From Eledone cirrhosa (Eukaryota), in NCBI GenBank assembly GCA_964016885.1, contig OZ024741.1:74090001-74154000 (forward strand): DNA of 64,000 nt, read 5' to 3'. Shown here piece by piece: positions 1 to 10,317 of this stretch. Position 1 is the stretch's first letter, and every line of letters starts with the position of its first letter. Position numbers and translations under genes: made by a program. The notes beneath the pieces were generated by a model. It had not been told where the DNA came from. It saw nothing but the letters and a program-made list of their open reading frames with translations, and did no database searches.

Positions 1-327
1 GTGTATTTATATGCATACTAGTACTTCCGTATACATATGTAGATGTACACTTTAACTTAATTGTCTAATATATATATATATTTCTGAAGACGGCATATAT
101 GTGTGTTTGGTATGTATATTCAATTTTGATAGTTTGTATAATTTTGTATAATTTTGTACATAGATCTGTTGAATATGCATGCCAATTCTAACACATATAT
201 ATCCTAGAAACAATCGTTAAATAATGAACTTTTTTTGTTTAATATAAGGAACTGTTTCATTGTTTTATTCATTATTTTTTTAATATTTTATATATATATA
301 TATATATCTTTATATATATATATATTA

Positions 328-640
328 TCATCATCACCGTTTTACGTCCGTTCTTCCACGCTAGCATGGGTTAGATGGGTTGTTCTGTTGTGAGCAGTGT
401 CCAGTCGGCTGACTTTGTCTTGCTCATACAGGAACTGATTTTGGCTTGATTTCTACAGCTGGATGCCCTTCCTAACACCAACCTCATTTACAGTGAGTGC
501 TGGGTGCTTTTTTTCCATGGTGCCTAAACGTCTACTTTACAGTGTGGGCTGGGTGCTTTTTTGCCGTGGTACCTCCACAATCACTTTGCAGTGGGAGGGG
601 TGGGGGCATATTGTCTATATGCTTCAGCTTCGGCTTGTTC
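328..640 (-). mobile_element. SINE family A copy
   Basis: Reverse complement of 40543-40978 body and tail. Confidence 0.75.
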
Positions 641-849
641 CTGTGTGTGTGTGGGGGTGGGTGGGTGGGTGCCGGTCGGGTCTTCTGTATTACTGCGTGA
701 CACCACCATCATCATCATCATTTTATGTTCGCTTTTCTCTGCTTGTAAGGGTGGGACAGGTCCTATTCAGCACAGCATCTCTAAACTTGTCACATATATG
801 TACGCAGGTTTTATATGTGGTCATTGCACATGTGCAGTAAGTAGCAACA

Positions 850-1480
850 GTCCACAAGATACAAACTCCTTTAAATGCTCAGAGGGGCCTATTAGAAGTA
901 GAAGTAGTTGATAGTTTCCGTTACCTGGGTGACCAAATGAACAGTGGAGGTGGCTGTTCCAAAAGTACAGTAGCTAGAGTGAGAACGGGATGGAGAAAAT
1001 TCAGGGAGCTACTACCACTGCTAACCAGAAAAGATTTTTTCCTCAAAATGAAGGGCAGATTGTATGATGCATATATCAAGCAACAATATTACATGGCAGT
1101 GAGATCTGGTTGCTGTGTGCAGAGGACCAACAAAGATTGGAAAGAAATGAAGCGTCCATGCTTCGATGGATGTGTAATAGTAATATACATGAACAACAAA
1201 GTATGAATGAACTGAGAGAGAAACTGGGCATAAGAGGGATCAGAAGTAGTATGCAGGAGAGGAGATTACATTGGTATGGACATGTGATGTATATGAAGGA
1301 TGACAGCTGTATAAAATGGTGCAGGTGGCTCAACGTTGATGGAAGCTATGGTGTAGGAAGAACTAGGAAAACTTGGGATGAGGTGATAAAAGCTGACCTT
1401 TCACAATTACACCTCTCGAAGGCGATGACACAGGATCGAGATCTTTGGCGTTAAGTAGTAATACAGAAGACCTGCCTTCC
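850..1480 (+). mobile_element. RTE-type LINE 3' fragment
   Basis: F.YLGD..GW.KFREL.P.L..KGRLY..RLERNEASMLRWMC..RRL.WYGHV..GR.RKTW motifs, frameshifted. Confidence 0.8.
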
Positions 1481-2959
1481 CTCTTCTCCTTCTATACACC
1501 TCAACATCCTAACACCACTTCCTTCGTCCATGTCCCTCCCCCTCCTGCACCTCCCATGCTCGAACACTCTACTCCCTCACACATGCCCCTAGATCTACCT
1601 CCCCAATCCACCCCCTAAATCCTCAGCCCACACTTTAAAGTGGTCATGTAGGTGTCACAAAAAAAAGTGCTATAGTGAACTATAGTGAATTTAATGTATG
1701 GAATGAATGGTTGTGTGGTTGTGGCATTGCTTTGGTTGTTGTGTGTATACTCACTTGTGGATTGCTTAGTTATGTGGTTACCATTATGTAGAGTGTAGGC
1801 GAAGAAAGATTGATGATGCCTGATAGAGTGTAACCAGAGATTGCGGGTGGGCAAGTGAGTGAGTGACAGTGTTCATTATTATGATGTTGATGATCTGATG
1901 ATTCCTTGGATAAGCGTTTTACCCTGATCACATACTTAATGAAATATATAAACTACAATTACAGAGAGCTGCTATGTTAATATTTTATTAGATATAACTT
2001 TTGTCGAAGTTTTAACAATACATGAAGAACAAATAACCACAGTTGAATTGTCTGATATTATGTATCAAGTATGATGTGTTTGCTTGCAAAGGTATTATTA
2101 AAAATATATTTACCAAGCATCTGTTGATGGAATGAATTTCGCTGGCCTGGCCGAGAGAGAGACCAAGAAAAAGAGAGAGACACAAAGGGGTTGGTGTGTT
2201 GGTTTGTTGGTATGAACTCTGCAACTGCTGGGATTGACCCTGGAGCAGGCTATTTATCAGTTTGCTTCCTTTGTCTCCTGGACTCGAGAATAAGTAGATA
2301 CCCATTTGATAAATTTCAGACTTTATGGTGACACCAGTCCTAAACAAAGGAACCAAATATCGATGAGGCCAAAAGGTCAGCTTCTTGATGACTGCTTGAT
2401 AGTGTGAAAGAGACACTATTGCGAAGTGTATCAGATTACTGCCACAGAACTCTACTCACATGTAGAGTGCACTGCAGAGGCTTCCTTGAAAGGATGAGTG
2501 TTTCAGTCTTTGCAGCAATGATTTTCATTCTTGCCATGCAGCATTTGGCTGCAAACAATCGAAGGCATGTCAGGGATCACTTTCCAACAAGTTAAATAGT
2601 ACCATCTCGCATGTCCCTGCAAATTAAAAAAAGTGATAAATATCTTTAATCAATTTTTTAACCTAATTGGGTCCTCATCAGAAGATATGTGAAAATCTAT
2701 ATACACATTTATGCATTCTTGGTCATCTCTGTACCGTATGTACACAGATATAAATTTTTCATGTAGTTCAGCTGCTTAGCACACAATTAATATATATCAA
2801 AATTAACTATCAACATAAGCACTAATAATACAAAAATTAGTACAGCCATTTCAGGTTACTAAGAGGTATATATTTCATTGTGGTTGTTTAGACAATATAT
2901 AGAAGAGGGAAAGAATGAACGAGAGGGAGTGGTTGGATCGCTATCATTACCAGTTCAAT

Positions 2960-3790
2960 CAACCAGCTACAATGGAATGAGTTGGGCTTGTCTTTTCCTG
3001 ACAAGGTGGAGGACAAACAGACTCAGAAAGTTTGGGACAGCACACATCCGAAAGCCACCTATGACTCTCTCTTTGACCAGTCAGATCAGTTCTCAAGGTG
3101 CCACTTACTGTCTGCAAGCGCCAAATACTCAGGCAACTGGGTTGATGCCCTACCCATGGCTAACATTGGTGGCTTACTCAGCTTGGACGAGCTTCATGTC
3201 TCCATTGCGCTCAGAGTGGGAGCCGACAACTGTTTGGGTCTGAAATGTCGCTGTGGGAAGATCCTCAACTCCACAGGCCTGCACAACCTATCTTTCCGCC
3301 TGAATGCCGGTTGTTTTGCACGCCACATGGAGCTAAACCTCATCATCAAGAGAGCTTTGGCCTGGGCAAACATCCCCTCAATTTTGGAACTGTCTGGGTT
3401 GTCCAGAATTGATGGGATAACACCTGACCGTCTTACCCTGTGCCCCTGGATAAGAGGCGGGTGTCTTATCTGGGACGTCACAGTTTAGTGACCCTTTTGC
3501 TTCTTCCCACATCCTGGATGCAGTGGTAAGGGTGAGAGTTACAGCTTCTGTAGCCAAACGGAACAAAATCCTGAAAAACCCTGATCTATCGGCTAACTTC
3601 ATTTTCCAGCCTGTAGCATTCGAGACGTTTGGGGGAGTCGGGCTACTGACAGCGTGGTTCTTACCTTCACTGGCGGCTTGCCTTACAGAGGTAACTGGTG
3701 ATGCTCGTGAGGGTGCTTGGTTGTTCCAGCGCATCTGCCTCGCCATCACCTGAGGCAACGTTGCGAGCATGCTGGCTTGCCTAAAAAAAT
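2960..3790 (+). mobile_element. CRE-like non-LTR retrotransposon C-terminal fragment (zinc knuckle + restriction-like endonuclease)
   Basis: CRCG..G.H.LS..RH..LN..IKRAL..GL.R.DG..PD.LTL.PW..G..L.WDVTV and F.PVAFETFG..FQRICLAI motifs, with stops; short copy of the end at about 5897-5947. Confidence 0.72.
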
Positions 3791-4021
3791 TATTAGAGAG
3801 GTTTCCCAGTGCTCCTTACAATATTGTTATCTTTTGCTTTGGCAACGGTTCGTTTGTTCACCCTTTTCACTTGCCTTTTGTTGTTTGTGGTCTTAGATGT
3901 ATGTATTACCTGCTTGTTTTTTTTTCTTTTACTCTTTCTTTTTTTTCTCTTTCTATTTGTAATATTATGTTGATGGTTACGCCCTAATAAAATAAAAATC
4001 AAAAACATAATATACATATTT

Positions 4022-4055
<34 letters not shown>

Positions 4056-4432
4056 GAGAGAGAGAGTGCGCGTGTGAGGAAAGAGACGAGAATAGTTTCA
4101 CCAACTTATCTAGGTTCAATATTTTTGTCAGTCACCAGACAACAGAAGAATTGAAGTAAGTAGATTGGATTTTTATTATTTTTCATTATTTCAAATATTT
4201 CAGAATTGCTTAGCACGGACTTTTATTCTTTTTTGTTCCGATCTGGTCGTATATTTTAGTGCGTTATATTTGTGAGGTTCCTAGCAATAGTTAATTGTAT
4301 TTCTTATGTGTTTATATTTTCATTCTGAAAGAATTAACTACGAGCAATTTCTAATGTTCATCTTACTGAGGTGCCAGGTGATGCCCGAGCACTACATTTT
4401 TTGGGACACTGTGTTTGTATATATATATATAT

Positions 4433-4906
4433 GGCACTGCAACGCTATTAGCTGTCAGTCGAAAGCAGCCGCTGAAAGCAAAACATCGTTTATTTCCGTA
4501 TTACTACCACGCGTAAGTGGAGTTACTTAAATGAAATTTTTTTTTAAAGCATATAGATGTAAGTGGAGTTACTTAAATGTCAGAAGTAACTCCACTGTTG
4601 GTGAAAATTCATTTAAGTTCATGGTATTAGCTGTCAGAAGTAATTCCACTGTTGGTGAAATGACTTGTTTTCTACATTGATAACCATGACTATGAAAATA
4701 TAAATGATTAAATCCAATTTATTTGATAACCATGACTTGTTTTCTAATTAACTTACATCGATATGCTTTAATAACAAAAAAAAATAAAATAAAAAACGTG
4801 TGAAAACTCCACTTACGCGTGGTGGTAGTAATACGGAAATAAACGATGACGAATGACGTCACTTTCGCCTGCTTTCACGACTGACAGCTAATAGCGTTGT
4901 AGTGCC
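4433..4906. mobile_element. Non-autonomous DNA transposon (MITE) with GGCACT(A/G)CAACGCTATTAGCTGTCAGTCG terminal inverted repeats, copy A
   Basis: Matching TIRs at 4433 and 4906, subterminal inverted blocks (TTTATTTCCGTATTACTACCACGCGTAAGTGGAG), internal short repeats. Confidence 0.7.
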
Positions 4907-5874
4907 CAGTAGTCGCCAACATGGGTTCCGAGGAACCTTGGGGTTCCGTAAAACAAACTCCGGGTTCCTTAAAAAAATAAATATTTACATTACCATTAAT
5001 ATTTTGGGTTTTCTGAAAAAGGTGCAAAGAAAATGACAAAGGTGCAATGTATAAATGAACGAGTACTATTGTAATGTACACAGGTTCTCCACTCCAATTC
5101 GTGGAAAACACTACCTTCAGTTTCTCACTTGAATTAGCAGAAAAACACTGTTCTGAGATTCGTGGAAATTGAATACTTTCAATTTCACATCAATTCACAT
5201 CAATTTTTTGATTTCCATGTGTCTAACACACGTGGGCATGCCCATAAAGTCAGAAAACAGCACAGTTCCCATGCTTTCGGAAACATTTTTTCACGCTCAG
5301 AGTTGCTGAAGCATGGAACAAACTGCCTGCATCGGTTGTTAGCTGTCGAGACACTGCATCCTTTAAGGCCTCCATGCTTCCCGAGATCCGCCAACACTAC
5401 ACCTAATGTTCCCCCTCCATACACATACACACATGTATACCATGACTCATACACTATTCACTTCCCTGACATTTGTGTATTATTTTATGTACTATACATA
5501 CACCTTTGACAAGTTGTAGTGCACCTGAGCACTTTACACAATAATTTCATTATTATTATTCTTGGAAAGACATAGTTTTCTGAATTCTGAGAATTTGACT
5601 ACTATTGATAATACACTAATTGAACTTAGAAATTGACCAATCACAAACAAGTAAATGTTGGTCGGTGACAGCATAACTTTAAACTGAAAACTTCAGTTCA
5701 GCGAAGTCTCTCAGCCGAGAGACTGGGTCAGTTCGCTATTCTCACAGCGTAAGTTCACTAAAATAAATAAATACTTTATTATTTTTTTTTGAAATGTTTT
5801 GTATTGTATAGGTTCCGTGAAGAATTCAAAATATTTAGAGGGTTCCTCGGTTTTAGAAAGGTTGGCGACCACTG
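4907..5874. mobile_element. Non-autonomous hAT (Charlie-like) element with 8-bp TSD
   Basis: TIRs CAGTAGTCGCCAAC / GTTGGCGACCACTG, subterminal GGTTCC repeats, TSD GTAGTGCC at 4899-4906 and 5875-5882. Confidence 0.8.
5190..5560 (+). mobile_element. CR1/L2-type LINE 3' end inserted in the hAT element
   Basis: TRGHAHKVRKQH...FF..RV.EAWNKLP.SVV-like RT C-terminus, 3'UTR and (ATT)n tail; similar copy at 26740-27092. Confidence 0.65.
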
Positions 5875-6830
5875 GTAGTGCCGATGCCCGTGATTAGCCT
5901 CGCCATCACCCGTGGCAATGTTGCGAGCGTGTTGGCTTGGCTCAAAGTGTGTAGTTAACTCCTATGGTATGAGTTTGGGCCGATTGTGTCACTTGATAGT
6001 GAATCCCCCCCCCCCCCCCCCCTCCCATTTTTTTGGTTCCTTTATCATTAAGTATCTATCAACGTTGTGAAAACAGGTTATGCTAGAAATGACAGCGAAA
6101 TTGATGGTCGTTTCCGTTTTTGTTTCCCTTTTTTGAGTATTATATTTGATATATTTTTGTGTATTATATTTGTGAGGTTCCCAGCAATAATTAATTGTAT
6201 TTTTTTAATAAAAGTGAAACTTGTAAAAAGTCTCAGTTTGAGTAATTAAGCTGTGAAAATATTGCAGCTTTTGTATAACTGCTTCTGAATTAGACAAAAG
6301 AATAAATACTAACAGAAGTAGATTTGGCACCTCTCTCTCTAACACATGGCAGCGTTACCGCGGGTGATAGTGAGGCTCAGGTGCTGGAACAACCAAGAAC
6401 CCTCATTCTCAACGGACCAGCTCCTCTAAACGTTTCGAACGCCACTTTCACGACTGACAGCGTTGTAGTGCCACGCTATTAGCTGTCAGTCGTGAAAGCA
6501 GGCGAAGGTGACGTCATTCGTCATCGTTTATTTCCGTATTACTACCACGCGTAAGTGGAGTTTTCACACGTTTTTTATTTTTTTTATTATTAAAGCATAT
6601 CGATGTAAGTGGAGTTACTTAAATGAAAATATAGGTGGCCTGTTATGAAATCCATCTATCCTCAATATAACTTTGTTTTATTGCATATCTTTCTTTTCTT
6701 ACAAATATTATTGTTATATTTCTTCAAGACTAATTACTGTTTTTATATTCTAGATATTGAATAAAAGCTTCGAATTGGAGCTTTAGTTTTGCAATATTAG
6801 AACGCACAACAATTTTATTCAATATGATAT

Positions 6831-7690
6831 TTGTTACAACTGTTTCGTTCTGAGACTAGACGTGTTGTGGTATTCGTTTCCACCCTTACTCTACCTTCAA
6901 AGCTTGCTACATTCTCAATATCAATTGCTCAATTAAAAATTCCACATCCAACATTCCCAAATGACCCCACATCCGAGCAATGGCGATGGTGGCGGAAGTG
7001 TTTTGTGGATTCCCTACTCATAAACGGCATAGTAGAGGACAGCCATAAATTGACCTACCTTCGTTCACAAGCTGGGGCCGACCTATTTAGTTTACTCGAA
7101 TCTGCAGAAAACTTCAACGAAGCACTAATCACCCTGGATACTCAATTCTTAGCCCCCAGTCGTATACTCTATGCCAGACATCAACTCCTAACATGCCGCC
7201 AAAAGCAAGAAGAAACCGTCCGAGAGTTTATTAAAAGACTCAACCTTTTAGTGGAAAAATGTAACTGTAAAGCCATCACAGCTAAAGACCACAGAGATAT
7301 GTTGATCCTGGATTCACTAGTAGCAGGAGTCCAATCAGACGCTATACGAGCACGTCTCCTAGAGCTGGACGATACTCAAGCAAACCTAAAAGACTGCATA
7401 GCAATGGCAAATGCAATAGAACTATCCAGTGATTTTACTAAATCATTCAACCTAGACGTCTCTCTGAATTCATCAACACTGTCAACTACATCCTCTCAAG
7501 AACCTACCGTAGCAGCTACAAAATCAAAACAACCTCTTCTGAAATACTTGCAAAATGCTAATTCCCAAAGTGAATTTAAATGCTTTTTTTTGTGGACTTT
7601 CTAGGCATTCTAGAAATAAATGCCCAGCTAGAAAAGACATATGCTATTCTTGTGGGAAGATCGGCCACTGACAATCAGTCTGTAAATCTG
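6831..7690 (+). pseudogene. gag with zinc knuckles, frameshifted
   Basis: 257-aa ORF resembling gypsy gag (RQKQEETVREFIKRL..CNC..RD.LV.G). An extra T in the run at 7584-7591 shifts frame before CFFCGLSRHSRNKCPARKDICYSCGKIGH*. Confidence 0.8.
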
Positions 7691-7779
7691 ACTGCCAAAG
7701 CAGTAAGCAAGCAGCCTCACTTATATGTTCATTAAATACCGGCAAACAGTTTAAAGCTATTCTCTGCCCGATAACTATA

Positions 7780-9136
7780 AAAGACACCACACTAAAGGCC
7801 TTAATCGATCCTGGTTGCACAGATTCGTTTATACGTCATAGCATAGCAACTGAATTAAACTTGAGCGTAAAACAAGAAAAACGGGCAATCACACTAGCCG
7901 ACAATAAAATATCTCGCTGGCGTTTAGAACAATCAGAGCATCAATTTGACATTGACTACAAACCCGGCTACCTCAACACCCAAGCCGATTGTCTTTCAAG
8001 AATCGCTGCAGCTATATCGCCACCCTGTGATTTAAAAGTACTCCACGACCAACTAGCACACCCAGGAGTAACTAGATTTTACGATTATATCCGACGCCAT
8101 AACCTGCCCTTTTCCGTAGACGAAATCCGCGACGTCATCAAAAACTGCGTATCATGTTTGGAGTGCAAGCCAAAATTCTTCAAGCCTCCATCTGCTAAAC
8201 TCATTAAGTCAACAAGGCCGTTCGAACGTCTGTCAATCGATATCGTTGGACCAAAACCAAAATCTTCAAAAGCAGGAAACATACTTATTGACTGCAGTAG
8301 ACGAATTCAGCAGATTCCCTTTTGCTTTCGGTATGCGTGACATCACCTCAAACACTGTCATTAACTGTCTCAAACAAATCTTCTCAATATTCGGAGCTCC
8401 CTCATTCATACACTCCGATCGAGGAACTCAGTTTCTCTCAAAAGAATTCGATCATTTCTGCTTGTCCAATGGTATATCCCACACGCGCACTTCGCCGTAC
8501 CATCCACAAGGAAATGGCCAAAACGAGCGCTACAACGGAGTCCTCTGGAAAGGAATTCAATGCATAATTAACTCGCGCAAACTTAAAGAAACTAAGTGGG
8601 AAGATATCATACCAGAAGTTCTTGCCTCGCAACGATCACTTCTCTGTACAGCGACTAATGAGACACCCCATAACCGCATATTTAGATTCGATCGAAAGGG
8701 TTCCTTAGGATTTTCCCTACCAGATTGGCTTAGAGTTGGAAACGACGCCTATATTAGAAACTTTATTCGTTCAAAGAACGACCCATTAGTGAATAAAGTT
8801 ATTAACGAACAGATGGTGAATGCTAATTTCGCGGTTGTCAGATATCAAAATGGAAGATCTAGTACAGTCTCAACAGCAGACCTCTCCCCTGGCCCAATTA
8901 ATTGTCAAAATAATGACAATCAATCCATCCAAGAAAACAGTTCGATTAGCAGTCCTGCTGATATGCCGAGACCACTTAACATCGACCACAGTAACGATCT
9001 ACTCTTAGATGAAACCGTGATTGATTTAAATCCCGTGGCAAATAGCACTAGCATCCTACCGCAAGTTCCTGTTGACCCCGTGAGACGAAGCAATCGTATA
9101 CGCGTAGCCCCCAAGCGCTATATTGAAGAACAATAA
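7780..9136 (+). pseudogene. pol remnant: protease fused to RNase H tail and integrase (frameshift near 8280)
   Basis: ALIDPGCTDSFI protease; RWRLE..FDIDYKPG..N..ADCLSR RNase H end; H..LAHPG..C..C zinc finger; SIDIVGP / VDEFSRF / HSDRGTQF / GQNERYN integrase core. Confidence 0.85.
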
Positions 9137-10276
9137 AATCGGCGAAGAATGTTATGAAGTTCATCTATCCTCAATATAACTTTGTTTTATTGCATATCTT
9201 TCTTTTCTTACAAATATTATTGTTATATTTCTTCAAGACTAATTACTGTTTTTATATTCTAGATATTGAATAAAAGCTTGGAATTGGAGCTTTAGTTTTG
9301 CAATATTAGAACGCACAACATGGCCCTTAAAAGGGCCAAATTAGAAAACAAATTTAAGTTAATTAGAAAACAAGTCATGGTTAGCAAATAAATTGGATTT
9401 AATCATTTATATTTTCATAGTCATGGTTATCAAATAAATTGGATTTAATCATTTATATTTTCATAGTCATGGTTATCAATGTAGAAAACAAGTCATTTTC
9501 ACCAATAGTGGAGTTACTTCTGACAGCTAATACCATGAACTATATTTTCATAGTCATGGTTATCAATGTAGAAAACAAGTCATTTTCACCAACAGTGGAG
9601 TTAACTTAAATGAAAATATAGGTGGCCCTTAAAAGGGCCAAATTGTTAATGGAATTAACCATCGCGATCTTTCCATCGCTACCGCTACTACAGCAGATAC
9701 CATCAAACTCCATGGGGACTGTCTCTTGTCTCTATGTGGACTGTATCCATGCTTTTGAATAAGGTTGGTGAAAAAAATTTGTTTTCTAAACATTTCTTCA
9801 TAAAGGGTTGGTGAAAAATATTTGATAACCATAAATTTGTTAACCATAAATTTGTAATTTAAAAAAACGCGTGATATTTTCATTTAAGTAACTCCACTTA
9901 CATCTATATGCTTTAATAAAAAACAAAACAAAAAAAAAACGCGTGAAAAAAAAAAAATTTCATTTAAGTAACTCCACTTACGCGTGGTAGTAATACGGAA
10001 ATAAACGATGTTTTGCTTTCATCGGCTGCTTTCGACTGACAGCTAATAGCGTTGTAGTGCCAATAGCGTTGTAGTGCCAAAAATAGTTTATCGATAATTC
10101 CCGGTATTTCAAATTTTTATTACTTAGGTATATAATTTTTGTTATTAACGCGTTCCATTATAGTTTTATGTAAGTTAATGTAAATAAATAATGAAACAAT
10201 GGAATGTAGTATATGTATCATTTAACTATTTCTATTTAGACCACAGAAATTGTTGGTTAAGTTAACTCCAGCAAAA

Positions 10277-10317
10277 ATGGCAGAAAAGGAAAAGATTAAT
10301 GTCGTCATTGACTACTG
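10277..10317 (+). CDS. MIEN1: MIEN1-like coding exon 1 (MAEKEKINVVIDY + TG of split codon)
   Basis: AAAAATGG start context; donor TG|gtaatt at 10318; beta-strand V-V-I-D-Y precedes the redox motif. Confidence 0.8.

Larger units (their letters stand above)
6641..9320 (+). mobile_element. Ty3/gypsy LTR retrotransposon, internally deleted (gag-PR-IN, no RT), with 171-bp LTRs and TGGCC TSD
   Basis: LTRs 6641-6811 and 9150-9320 (TGTT..AACA, 3 mismatches seen); TSD TGGCC at 6636-6640 and 9321-9325; purine-rich tract before the 3' LTR; gag, CCHC knuckles, protease-like LIDPG, integrase HHCC and DDE core. Confidence 0.92.
6473..10078. mobile_element. Second copy of the same MITE, opposite orientation, interrupted by the gypsy element
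   Basis: Same end sequences in reverse order; tandem subrepeats at 9360-9610; last 17 bp duplicated at 10045-10078. Confidence 0.68.

Noticed and set aside
2400-2620. Minus-strand acceptor-like TTTGCAG followed by coding-like sequence
   Set aside because: The downstream sequence matches the degraded LINE RT at about 31370-31490, so it is a TE fragment.
9360-9610. Spaced direct repeats resembling a CRISPR array
   Set aside because: Eukaryotic context; these are tandem subrepeats inside a MITE, with no unique spacers or cas genes.
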